Below, piece after piece: positions 26,031-34,337 of a DNA stretch of 45,535 nucleotides. Positions within the stretch are counted from its first letter, which is position 1. Each line of letters opens with the position of its first letter. The translations under genes were made by a program, and so were the position numbers. Source of the DNA: a virus; the IMG/VR virus record IMGVR_UViG_3300045005_000110. The stretch is one strand, 5' to 3'. A model generated the notes under the pieces. The model saw only the letters and a program-made list of their open reading frames with translations, was not told the origin of the DNA and ran no database searches.

Positions 26031-27214
26031 ACTGGCTCGGCTGGCTCGGTGCAATCCTCGGCGTCCTCGCGAGCGTGTGGGTGCTGTTCCGCTACGCCGG
26101 ATCAATAACGATCCGTCTCGACGCCCGCACGTTCAAGACGCTGTACGAGATCTCCAAACGACCGGGCCACCGGAAGTTCATCATCAGCGAAGAGTTCATC
26201 ACCGAAGCTAAGTACCCCGTCGAGTTCCGCGCCCTCTGCTTCTTCGAGGGCTGCCCGTGGTTCTACCTCAACCACGGCGAACGGTTGCTGACGGCGGGGT
26301 GGCACGGCAAGGACAGCGTGACGCATCTGACCTGTTTACGTTGGCGTGCCGCCCGCGTCAAACAGTACCTCGACTTCAAGATCAAAGAGATCCAGATGAA
26401 CAGTCTGGGCGTCCCGGCCGAAGTCATCATGCCCAACTACACGGACATGATCGGCCTCATCAAAGGGACGCCCCCGCAGCCCGCTCTGGACCCGCAACTG
26501 TGGGAAGACATCGAGAAGGATGCGGCCGAAGTGTTCTCTGGGAAGAAGCAGAAGAGTGGCGCGTTGATCTACGGCCCGCCCGGTAACAACAAGACGTTCT
26601 TCATCAAGTATCTGGCGACCAAGTACCGGGTGCCGATCAAGATTATCACGTTCACACCGGACTTCAGTAACTTCGATGTGATGGGGATTTTTAGCCAGAT
26701 CAGCAGCCGGTGCATCGTACTGTTCGAGGACTTCGACAACTACTTCGACGGCCGGCGGTGCATCCTCGGAACCGAGAACCACAGCATCAAGTTCACGTTT
26801 GATCAGATTCTCAATGGGCTGGACGGGGTCTACAATACCTACGAGAACTGTTTTTTCGTGATGACCGTTAACGACATAACGAAAGTCGATCACGCGCTCA
26901 AAAACCGTCCGAGCCGCTTCAAGTTCGTCCGTGAGTTCAAGTGTCCCGATCTGCAAACGCGGATGAAATTGTTGCCGAAGCAATGGGCCGAGAGCAGTGA
27001 GGGGTTGAACCTCGACCAGATCTTCCGGCTCAAAGAGTTCCACGAACAAGGACTGTCTCTGGACGAAGCCAAATCGAATCTTGGCCAAGCCGACAGGACC
27101 GCAGAAATCGCGAAGATGGCACACCAGCTTTACGAGAAGCGGGTTCGCGAAGGTCTGGCCGGGGATAACGAGGGCGACTGGTACGAAGCCAAAAGGATAC
27201 TGGGTGTCACTTAA
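26027..27214 (+). CDS. AAA+ ATPase with an N-terminal TM helix (BCS1/FtsH-like core; 395 aa)
   Basis: Walker A 'GPPGNNKT', Walker B 'CIVLFEDFD', and the second region of homology 'VMTVNDITKVDHALKNRPSRFKF'. N-terminal TM helix 'LGWLGAILGVLASVWVLF'. Confidence 0.75.
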   Translation: MNWLGWLGAILGVLASVWVLFRYAGSITIRLDARTFKTLYEISKRPGHRKFIISEEFITEAKYPVEFRALCFFEGCPWFYLNHGERLLTAGWHGKDSVTHLTCLRWRAARVKQYLDFKIKEIQMNSLGVPAEVIMPNYTDMIGLIKGTPPQPALDPQLWEDIEKDAAEVFSGKKQKSGALIYGPPGNNKTFFIKYLATKYRVPIKIITFTPDFSNFDVMGIFSQISSRCIVLFEDFDNYFDGRRCILGTENHSIKFTFDQILNGLDGVYNTYENCFFVMTVNDITKVDHALKNRPSRFKFVREFKCPDLQTRMKLLPKQWAESSEGLNLDQIFRLKEFHEQGLSLDEAKSNLGQADRTAEIAKMAHQLYEKRVREGLAGDNEGDWYEAKRILGVT

Positions 27215-27243
27215 CCGAGGAGTCAATTTGACCGAGGTGCCAC

Positions 27244-27618
27244 ATGCAGGAGAGATACTGTACCGAAAACGGGAAAGTGTCTCATACCTCTGAAAACCAA
27301 GCACGGCAAGCACTGAGTTCTCTGAAACGCGCTAAGGGGTATAACGGACACGTTTGCGTCTGTGCATTCTGCGGATTCTTTCACGTCGGACGACTGGGCC
27401 GGCGTACCGTTCGCAACAAACTCATGAAGAAGAAGGAGAGGAAGAAACGTGTTAGACTCACTCGATCACGCATTACGATCTACATTACCGGCCTTACTGA
27501 AGGACCGGAGCAAGTGGGACAGCTTGATTGTCAACCGCCGGAAACCCCACACTTACCGGGTCTTCACGACTCTGGAGAATGGGGATCGGATCTGTCTCCA
27601 CAAGTTCAACCCGTGTGA
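27244..27618 (+). CDS. Small zinc-ribbon protein, paralogue A (C-terminal extent uncertain)
   Basis: 'CTENGKVSHTSENQARQALSSLKRAKGYNGHVCVCAFCGFFHVGR' is paralogous to the protein at 28075..28257. The open frame continues to 27618 and overlaps the next gene by 170 bp. Confidence 0.45.
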   Translation: MQERYCTENGKVSHTSENQARQALSSLKRAKGYNGHVCVCAFCGFFHVGRLGRRTVRNKLMKKKERKKRVRLTRSRITIYITGLTEGPEQVGQLDCQPPETPHLPGLHDSGEWGSDLSPQVQPV

Positions 27619-28078
27619 CACGCACGAAGCGTTCGCACACCCGCACCCGTGGCCCGGTGCCTTCATCATCCTTCAGGGTGCCTACCGGATGAAGGTGGGT
27701 TTCAGCAAGGATCGCACCGACGAATCGCCCGGACAGGTCGCCGAGTTCATTCTGCGGGAACACTCGGCCTACGAGATCGTCAACCCGCTGACGTGGCACT
27801 CGGTGGTCCCGCTCACCACGACGTACACGGTCATGCTCAACGCCGCCCCGTTCCCGCCCGACGTGGCGCACACGAGCATTCGCAGGACCGGCGGTAAAGA
27901 CCTCGACAAGATGCCAGAAGACGAACTGGTCGATCACCTCCAAGTGTTCGCCAACCTCGTCGGCAAGTTCCAACTGACCGTGTGTTCGGCGTGCGACGGC
28001 AGCGGCGTCGGCTCGCCCGCGCACCCGTGGGGTTCCCCGAAGTGCGGTGAATGCAACGGAACGGGAGAGAGGCTGTGA
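27449..28078 (+). CDS. Cupin-like protein with a C-terminal DnaJ-type CxxCxGxG zinc finger (209 aa; GTG start)
   Basis: 'AHPHPWPGAFIILQGAYRM' looks like a cupin β-barrel. The C-terminus carries 'CSACDGSG…CGECNGTG' (2× CxxCxGxG). Confidence 0.55.
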   Translation: MLDSLDHALRSTLPALLKDRSKWDSLIVNRRKPHTYRVFTTLENGDRICLHKFNPCDTHEAFAHPHPWPGAFIILQGAYRMKVGFSKDRTDESPGQVAEFILREHSAYEIVNPLTWHSVVPLTTTYTVMLNAAPFPPDVAHTSIRRTGGKDLDKMPEDELVDHLQVFANLVGKFQLTVCSACDGSGVGSPAHPWGSPKCGECNGTGERL

Positions 28079-28257
28079 AACGGTGTCGTCACACCGGCAA
28101 ACACTGTCACTCGGAAGGGGCTGCGGAAGCACAACTCCGCAGCCTCCTTCGACTCGATCCTTCTTACAAGGGCCACGTCTATTTCTGCGGCTGGTGCGGT
28201 ACTTACCATGTCGGCCGTAACAGCCCCAACAACAAGAACAAGTATCGCCGAGGCTAA
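28075..28257 (+). CDS. Small zinc-ribbon protein, paralogue B (60 aa)
   Basis: GTGA overlap start; 'CRHTGKHCHSEGAAEAQLRSLLRLDPSYKGHVYFCGWCGTYHVGR'. Confidence 0.5.
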   Translation: MKRCRHTGKHCHSEGAAEAQLRSLLRLDPSYKGHVYFCGWCGTYHVGRNSPNNKNKYRRG

Positions 28258-28258
28258 C

Positions 28259-28723
28259 ATGGAAATCTTCGAGGTCCACATCGCCGGGGACGAACGCATT
28301 CACAACTTGGGCCTTAAAACCATTACCGTCGAGTTGCTCAAGCCGGACTTCACGCTGCTCCGCATCGAACACATGACTTCGCAAGTCATTAAGTGTAGCG
28401 GCTACCAAGAGTGTCTCGCCAAGACACTCGAACTGGCCGCGACTCTGCCCGGCGTCGTTCGCACAAAAATCGAATGCCCGACCTACGAACACTACGTCGA
28501 GCAAAGCCTCTACATGGAGAGCCACTTCGAGACGAAGACCAACACTTACCCCATCAGCCGCAATCAGAAGAAGACGGAACTGATGGGAACCGAACGGGTC
28601 TACGACCACGCCCTTTACCTGCCCTTCCGCCAGAAGTGGCTCGGACAAGTGGTCGAACTGTGTCTGTACGATACCAACACGGACGAAGACAAAGACTGGT
28701 TCTCACTCTGGAAACAACAATGA
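28259..28723 (+). CDS. Hypothetical protein (154 aa)
   Basis: ATG 2 nt after the previous stop (MEIFEVHIAG…). The track ORF 28208.. overlaps the upstream gene. Confidence 0.55.
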   Translation: MEIFEVHIAGDERIHNLGLKTITVELLKPDFTLLRIEHMTSQVIKCSGYQECLAKTLELAATLPGVVRTKIECPTYEHYVEQSLYMESHFETKTNTYPISRNQKKTELMGTERVYDHALYLPFRQKWLGQVVELCLYDTNTDEDKDWFSLWKQQ

Positions 28724-28896
28724 AACTCAATCTGACGCCCGAACAAATCGAAGAACTCAAAGACCGCATCCTCAACTTCGGCAATTTTCACTGGTGCGAG
28801 TGTTCCGAGTGCAAGTACGACTGTAGCTCGCACGCGGTTGACATCGACAAAAGCCTCCAAAAACTCGCCGAAGAAGTGCTGAAGGACGAGGAATAG
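28720..28896 (+). CDS. Small Cys-rich protein (58 aa)
   Basis: ATGA overlap start; 'FHWCECSECKYDCSSHA'. Confidence 0.4.
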   Translation: MKLNLTPEQIEELKDRILNFGNFHWCECSECKYDCSSHAVDIDKSLQKLAEEVLKDEE

Positions 28897-28925
28897 GTCT
28901 ATATTGGGGGCATGTGGTTTCCCCA

Positions 28926-29243
28926 ATGAGGCGAATCATGTGGACCGATGAACTGGTCGCGCGGCTGAAGAAGTACGTCGAGGCCAACAGGTTCTTCGTC
29001 GTCAAGTACCGTGGCAGCCGCGTCTACAACGTGGACGAGCGAAACAAGGAGTACAACGACACCGGCTGGCCCGCCTACTATCTCAGGCCGTGCTACGACG
29101 ACCCCTGTGACTTGGAGAAGACTCAGCCGTCCGACTTCCAAGTCTTCCTGCTCAAGCCGGTGGAATGGACGTTGGACGAGCCGGATTGGAGCGAGGCCGA
29201 CGCCGAATCTTGGAACGAATACGTCAAAGCAACACAAAAGTAA
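28926..29243 (+). CDS. Hypothetical protein (~105 aa; start uncertain between 28914, 28926 and 28938)
   Basis: ORF 28914..29243 preceded by GTCTATATTGG and a 7-bp hairpin. Confidence 0.5.
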   Translation: MRRIMWTDELVARLKKYVEANRFFVVKYRGSRVYNVDERNKEYNDTGWPAYYLRPCYDDPCDLEKTQPSDFQVFLLKPVEWTLDEPDWSEADAESWNEYVKATQK

Positions 29244-29250
29244 TCTTCAC

Positions 29251-29294
29251 ATCCCCCGTAAGTTGGCTTACAATGGAGCCAACTTACGGGGGAT
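29251..29294 (+). promoter_or_regulatory. Perfect 17-bp-stem hairpin with a TACAAT loop; it sequesters the RBS of the downstream gene
   Basis: atcccccgtaagttggc-ttacaatgga-gccaacttacgggggat. The only SD-like GGGGGA lies in the 3' arm, and ATG 29299 is 5 nt after the stem. Confidence 0.5.
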
Positions 29295-29298
29295 CGTC

Positions 29299-29799
29299 AT
29301 GTCCAAAGCAGGCAAAATGCACGGCGAGATCGTCAGCGAAGAAGAAGTCGCGAAGGGACTCGGCTTCGCAAACGTCGATGAGTTCCGCCGCTGGCAAACC
29401 GAACTCGGCCACAAGAAAGGGGAACTCGAATTCGCACTTTCCGAAGCCAAGCGGGAGTCGCGCCGCTTCCGATGGGCCGGAATGCGTATGGAGTTCATGC
29501 TCGGCAAGGCCGAAGCCTATCTCCAGACCGAACTCAACGCCGCCAAGCACCACGTCGCCAAACTCGAAAATTCCGGGGTAATGGCTGAAGGGGCCATGAA
29601 CGAGAACTCGGAGATGGCGGCAGTCAAAGACACCATCGAGATTCTCGAAAAGCTGCTCCTCGGTATCCGCGTCGTCTGCAACAGGGACGTTGACTGGAAG
29701 CACGTTCTGGAAGACTGGCTCGGTCAGTTCAACAAGTCCGATGAAGAGATCTTTAAGGCCAAACAAGCGGCCGAAGCCCAACCGGAAAGTGGTTCTTGA
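29299..29799 (+). CDS. Hypothetical protein (166 aa)
   Basis: Real start ATG 29299 (MSKAGKMHGEIV…). The track ORF 29011.. has a junk N-terminus. Confidence 0.55.
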   Translation: MSKAGKMHGEIVSEEEVAKGLGFANVDEFRRWQTELGHKKGELEFALSEAKRESRRFRWAGMRMEFMLGKAEAYLQTELNAAKHHVAKLENSGVMAEGAMNENSEMAAVKDTIEILEKLLLGIRVVCNRDVDWKHVLEDWLGQFNKSDEEIFKAKQAAEAQPESGS

Positions 29800-29806
29800 A
29801 TCCCGA

Positions 29807-29839
29807 AGGGACACCGGCGTCTATACTGCCGGTGTCCCT
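29807..29839 (+). promoter_or_regulatory. Perfect 12-bp-stem hairpin with the GTCTATACT motif in its loop, upstream of the next gene
   Basis: gggacaccggc-gtctatact-gccggtgtccc. ATG at 29856. Confidence 0.45.
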
Positions 29840-29855
29840 AACTCAAAGGTGCCTC

Positions 29856-30236
29856 ATGAAGACGACACAAAAGCACGTTCAAGCCGGCGCGAACCTGTTG
29901 GACGATCACTGGCCCGGTTGGGCCGGGAAGATCAAGCCGGACGAGATCAAGATGTTCTCGAACCAGAACTGCATCATGGGCCAACTCGCCCGCACCAAAA
30001 AGAAAACCTGTCGCGTCCTCGCGGCCGAGTACGGTATCGGCAACGATTCCCTCGTGCGGTTCGGGTTCGAGGGAGACGGCAGCGAACACGACGAACAAAT
30101 CGCCAATTGGTGGCGAGAAGAGATCAAGAAGCGGCTCGTCGGGCCTACAATCAACGAACTGGACGGCTCGCCCAAGAACGCGAAGGCGAGGAAGAAGCCG
30201 ACCAACTCAGTCAAGAAGGTCGCCAAAAAGAGGTAG
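29856..30236 (+). CDS. Basic K-rich protein (126 aa)
   Basis: Real start ATG 29856. The C-terminus is KKRLVGPTINELDGSPKNAKARKKPTNSVKKVAKKR. Confidence 0.55.
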   Translation: MKTTQKHVQAGANLLDDHWPGWAGKIKPDEIKMFSNQNCIMGQLARTKKKTCRVLAAEYGIGNDSLVRFGFEGDGSEHDEQIANWWREEIKKRLVGPTINELDGSPKNAKARKKPTNSVKKVAKKR

Positions 30237-30241
30237 CTGTT

Positions 30242-30769
30242 ATGGGCCAGTGGTACTACACCGAGATCTTCTTCACCGGGCCGATCCCGAACGAAGATCA
30301 ACTCGTTCGTCTGAACCAAGCGTTCCGGGCGGTCGATCACGACTTCCCGCCGATCACCGTGGCCGGCGTCGAACGCAACTGGCGCAATCCTTCGCTGACT
30401 CTCGAACAGGCTCTCGGCCTGTTCGAGAGGGCCGGCTTCCCCTGCAAAGGCTGGCAAGTCTACGAGGGGCGAGAGGTTTATACCGCCCCGGACTACATCG
30501 CCAGCAAGCTCGACATGTGCGCGGATCTGATGGAGTTCGACAGCCAGAACTGGCGAGAAGCTTACGAACGCGGGCTTACCCCGGAAGAGATCGCTAAGGC
30601 CGAGAACGCCGAACGAACCATGCTGCTCCGCAACTACTTCTTCGAGCAGTCGCTGCGGATGAGGGACATCCTCAAGGTGGTCGATCCCGAAGATAAAGAG
30701 GCCGTGGAAAAAGTCGCGAAACTGTTCAACGAACTCCGCGACAAGTACGGCGAGAAGATGAAAGCGTAA
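30242..30769 (+). CDS. Hypothetical protein (175 aa)
   Basis: Real start ATG 30242 (MGQWYYTEIFF…). The upstream part of the track ORF is an R-rich shadow. Confidence 0.55.
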   Translation: MGQWYYTEIFFTGPIPNEDQLVRLNQAFRAVDHDFPPITVAGVERNWRNPSLTLEQALGLFERAGFPCKGWQVYEGREVYTAPDYIASKLDMCADLMEFDSQNWREAYERGLTPEEIAKAENAERTMLLRNYFFEQSLRMRDILKVVDPEDKEAVEKVAKLFNELRDKYGEKMKA

Positions 30770-30867
30770 TCGACCATTACGGTCGAGTCCAAGATGGGGA
30801 GATGACACTCGTGGATAGAATCCAGCCGGCCCCCAACAAGATGTAATTGCCCACGCCGGTCGAGAGT

Positions 30868-31326
30868 TTACTTGATCACGAACGCACGCAGTTCCGACAC
30901 TTTTAGCAGCCGCGCCGCATTGACGCGGCTCACCCCGTCCATAACCCGAATGCCGCTGTCGTCGCTGTAAACGATGATTGGCGGCGTCATCTTCCTGAAA
31001 TCGGGACCACGCACCGCCAGAGCTTGAGACTGTTCCAGCGTGTCTGGAGCCTCGCGGCCCAACATCTGGGCGAAAGCTCCCATCATTTCCAGAGTCTTCT
31101 TCTTGTCGCCGGCCGGTACGTTCGCCAAGCTCGCCAACGGAAACATTTCCTGATACGTCACTTCTCGGCGTGCTGCGAGAGCCTTCTGAATAGTGCCGAA
31201 ATCCATCCCCGCAGTGTCTAGACTGCTCGACCGCGACAACACCTTTGCCTCGGCAATGCTCCTGACGGGGCGGTATTCAATCGCTTCGATCCACAACTTG
31301 AAGTCTCTCATGTCGGTATTTAGCAT
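30868..31326 (-). CDS. Hypothetical protein with a ParB/Srx-like C-terminal motif (152 aa)
   Basis: 'PPIIVYSDDSGIRVMDGVSRVNAARLL' resembles the ParB N-terminal-domain GxxRxxA box. The assignment is weak. Confidence 0.45.
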   Translation of the reverse strand: MLNTDMRDFKLWIEAIEYRPVRSIAEAKVLSRSSSLDTAGMDFGTIQKALAARREVTYQEMFPLASLANVPAGDKKKTLEMMGAFAQMLGREAPDTLEQSQALAVRGPDFRKMTPPIIVYSDDSGIRVMDGVSRVNAARLLKVSELRAFVIK

Positions 31327-31358
31327 CCAAACGCCATGCTCCGAAGCTAAATACCCGC

Positions 31359-32054
31359 ATGTTGAGCTTCAAACACTGGCTTACCGAAATCAAGAAAACC
31401 GGCGGCGACGATCACGGAGTCGATGACGACGACTTCGAGGATGACGATTTTGATCAAGAAATGGGCATGGACGACGGCAACCCCGATGTCGTATTCGGCC
31501 GGCGCGACGAGAACGCCAAAATCGAGCCGAGTGAGATCCTCAAGGCTCTGGGTTTGCCCGGCGACAAGCTCGAATACCACGACAAAGGCACTTTCGCCCT
31601 CGTCTACAAGCACCCGACCGACAAGAACCTGCTCATCAAACTGACGGCCGACGCCAAAGACGCGGCCAATCTCGAAAAGGCCCAGAGCTTGAAAAGCCGC
31701 TGCATCGTCAGGGTTCACAAGGTTGCTAAGGTCCGTGAACACGCTTTCGCGTTGATCGTGGATTTCATCAAAGGCCCGCCGATGGTTTACGGCAGTGATG
31801 GTTTGTTGTCGTTGATCAGCGGTGATAGGTGGCAAGATGCGAAAGAAGCCGTCAGGGGCATTCTGAAACCCGACCGCACCAGAGTGGAAACTCTCAATCA
31901 CTTCAAGAAGAACACTCCCCAGGAACTGACCAAGTTGAGCGAGCTTTTTGCTACGCTCGCCAAACTTGAAGGACTGGGGATCGAAATTGACGACTTTGGC
32001 GACAACATTCACGACGCGGGCGACCACTACGTCATGATCGACTTAGGGCTTTGA
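31359..32054 (+). CDS. Protein-kinase-like fold protein (231 aa) with an acidic N-terminus
   Basis: Glycine-loop-like 'GTFALVYKH', 'LLIKL' lysine, catalytic-loop-like 'IDDFGDNIH' and 'VMIDLG'. The N-terminus is DDDDFEDDDFD. Confidence 0.5.
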   Translation: MLSFKHWLTEIKKTGGDDHGVDDDDFEDDDFDQEMGMDDGNPDVVFGRRDENAKIEPSEILKALGLPGDKLEYHDKGTFALVYKHPTDKNLLIKLTADAKDAANLEKAQSLKSRCIVRVHKVAKVREHAFALIVDFIKGPPMVYGSDGLLSLISGDRWQDAKEAVRGILKPDRTRVETLNHFKKNTPQELTKLSELFATLAKLEGLGIEIDDFGDNIHDAGDHYVMIDLGL

Positions 32055-32493
32055 ACTCGGCCACGTCGAACTCCGAACGGGATTCGTGTTCCTCGTAGAC
32101 GAATCCCAAGCCCCTCTCGCCTACCGCATTCTGGATCTGCCGCTTGAGCTTCAACAGCCCGGTCCACGAATGCTGTGTGATTTCGCCGTAGTAGATTCTC
32201 TTGCCACAGATCCGCGCCCGACGCTGGCAGTACGGCAGGTTCAGGATCTCTTCCAGAGGGATTTTGAGCTTCCGTGCGACACGTCGCGCCACCGTATTGT
32301 GCCAGAAGGTGACGTGCATCAGGTCTTTCTTGCCGGCCGGGAACACGATTTCCGGTTCGGCGTCACCGAGTTCGAGGATGTAAATCGGGTAGCTGGACGG
32401 CTTCGTCTCGCGGTCCAGCTTCTCATCGATCCGGTCGATGTCGTCGCTCAGTTCCTTCTTGAGACGACCCCGGATGTCGGTGTTGCGTGCCAT
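32032..32493 (-). CDS. Hypothetical protein (153 aa), possibly a nuclease
   Basis: Real start ATG 32493 (MARNTDIRG…) via a TAATG overlap. The track ORF's N-terminus is R/G-rich junk. Confidence 0.5.
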   Translation of the reverse strand: MARNTDIRGRLKKELSDDIDRIDEKLDRETKPSSYPIYILELGDAEPEIVFPAGKKDLMHVTFWHNTVARRVARKLKIPLEEILNLPYCQRRARICGKRIYYGEITQHSWTGLLKLKRQIQNAVGERGLGFVYEEHESRSEFDVAEFKALSRS

Positions 32494-33794
32494 TAGTATT
32501 CCCTCTTGTCTTCTTTCTCGGCGATTGCCACCAGTTTCTTCAGGATCTTCTTCTGGATGTCCCAGTTGTCGTCCTGACTGCCGAGCGACGGCAACGACCG
32601 CGACTGGTGACGGTGAGCCATGACGTGTTCCACAATCGCCAGTTCCGCACACGGTTGCAGAACTTGATCGAGCGGGAACTCTTTGTCTTCCGCCGCACTC
32701 ATGATGTGCGAATGAGGCATCGTCTGGTACGGAATCGAGTTCAGTACCTCGCGGAACGACAGGTCGGAAAGGTACGGGAGATCGTCCAGAATGTCTTCCG
32801 GCAGATCCTTCTTCCCGCCCAGACTGTCCTGCATCCGGCGTTCCTTCGTGGTGATCTTCTTCAACTTCTCGTAGAACGCGCCGACCGTCAGCGGCTCCTT
32901 GTCCCGCCACGACTTGATCTTCATCGACGTGTACGCCTTCCACACGTCGTCACGCACCACCACCATCGCGACCGGCAGTTTCCTGTAGTTGCCGTGCTTT
33001 TCGGGGTACTCTTTCACCGCTCGCTTCGCCTCGGCCGCGTCGAAAAGCAGGGACGGGTCTTTCAACGCCCCCTTCGGCGAGACGATCAGTGCCGGCTCGT
33101 ACTTGCGGTCGGGGATGTGGTACGCGAGCTTGCAGTCGTAGGTCTGTGACAGCACCTTCTCGGCCGCTCGCAGTTTCTTCAGTTCGAGCGTGTGGTTGTA
33201 ACTCACGAACGTCAGGCACACCACGCCCGGCTTGACCGGCTGTGCGTTGAACCCGTCCCGCTGTTCGTCCAACTTCTCCATCTTGTCTTCGTCTTCGCTG
33301 TCCTCATTCGGCACCGTCGAACGGTCGATCTCCATGTGAATGAGCAGACCGGCTTTCTTCAGCAGGTGATGCACTTTCTCCCACGTCGGCCAGTGGGCGG
33401 GGCCGTCAGAACGCGGCCGTGTGCAGTGGTCTTGTACCTCTAGGCGACCCTCCCACGCCGCCTCGACGTAGTGATCGAAGGGCTTCCCCAACATCACCGG
33501 GACGGCGTGGCACTGGTTGAACCCGTAGGGCTTGACGACCACGTCGTCTTGGAACTTCTTCACCACCAGATCGAGCAGCGGCGACGGCTTGATCTCGGCC
33601 CGGCCGTAGTCGTCGTACTTGCCCGACATCGGCGGCGTCCGCACGAACCATTGGTCGTAGAGGTAGCAGCCCCGTTGAAAAATCCGTTGATCGGATTGGA
33701 CGTAAGGGTTTTGCGTCAGGAAGAGGAACTTGACTTTGTCCCCGTAGCCGATGGCGAGGTTGCTCAAGGCACAGTTTTCGTTGAAACTTCCCAT
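32493..33794 (-). CDS. Hypothetical protein (433 aa)
   Basis: Long ORF with normal composition. Confidence 0.65.
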   Translation of the reverse strand: MGSFNENCALSNLAIGYGDKVKFLFLTQNPYVQSDQRIFQRGCYLYDQWFVRTPPMSGKYDDYGRAEIKPSPLLDLVVKKFQDDVVVKPYGFNQCHAVPVMLGKPFDHYVEAAWEGRLEVQDHCTRPRSDGPAHWPTWEKVHHLLKKAGLLIHMEIDRSTVPNEDSEDEDKMEKLDEQRDGFNAQPVKPGVVCLTFVSYNHTLELKKLRAAEKVLSQTYDCKLAYHIPDRKYEPALIVSPKGALKDPSLLFDAAEAKRAVKEYPEKHGNYRKLPVAMVVVRDDVWKAYTSMKIKSWRDKEPLTVGAFYEKLKKITTKERRMQDSLGGKKDLPEDILDDLPYLSDLSFREVLNSIPYQTMPHSHIMSAAEDKEFPLDQVLQPCAELAIVEHVMAHRHQSRSLPSLGSQDDNWDIQKKILKKLVAIAEKEDKREY

Positions 33795-33901
33795 TTGACT
33801 CTCCGAACTGTGGGGTACTACGGGTGCGAATTATCAACCCGCAACTGGCATTATCGACCGCCTCACACACCTTGTAAACCACACGCCCGGAAATTATCAA
33901 G

Positions 33902-33930
33902 TTGACAAAGGTGACGATCATGCCTAAAGT
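33902..33930 (+). promoter_or_regulatory. σ70-type promoter TTGACA-N17-TAAAGT
   Basis: TTGACA at 33902–33907, a 17-nt spacer, TAAAGT at 33925–33930. A GGAG SD precedes ATG 34015. Confidence 0.4.
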
Positions 33931-34014
33931 AACCCCGCTGGACCGCCGGACGCGGAGTGGACTTCCCACTACCAGCAAGGAACTCGACCGGAAGGTCGAT
34001 CATCAGGAGTTTCC

Positions 34015-34297
34015 CATGAAGAAGTGCATCACCGCACTCGCCGTCGCCGCAGCCGTCTTCCTGCTCGCACAGGACGCACAAGCCTTCGGCAAACGGAAGT
34101 GCAACACCTGCCAGACCGTCTCAACCTGTCAACCCGCTCCCACCTCGTGCCAAACCGTCGTGACCGTACACGCGAACCCGCCGACCGTCGTTTACGCCGC
34201 GCCGACAACGGTCCACTTCCAGCCGACAACCGTCTGGCAAACCGTCAACTGGCCGTCAACCTGCCCCAACGGTCGCTGTCCGACCGTCAACCGCTAA
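34015..34297 (+). CDS. Secreted small Cys/Thr/Pro-rich protein (94 aa)
   Basis: Signal peptide MKKCITALAVAAAVFLLAQDAQA. The mature part is rich in C, T, V and P. Confidence 0.55.
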
Positions 34298-34303
34298 CAA
34301 CGA

Positions 34304-34337
34304 ACAAGCCCGGCTTCTGGCCGGGCTTGTTTGATTT
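34304..34337. terminator. Bidirectional terminator hairpin between convergent genes
   Basis: acaagcccggc-ttct-gccgggcttgt followed by TTGATTT. Confidence 0.55.

Noticed and set aside
26336-28648. Minus-strand ORFs of 325 aa (26336..27313) and 384 aa (27494..28648)
   Set aside because: Antisense to the AAA+ ATPase and the cupin/zinc-ribbon genes. They are R/G-rich with no start context.
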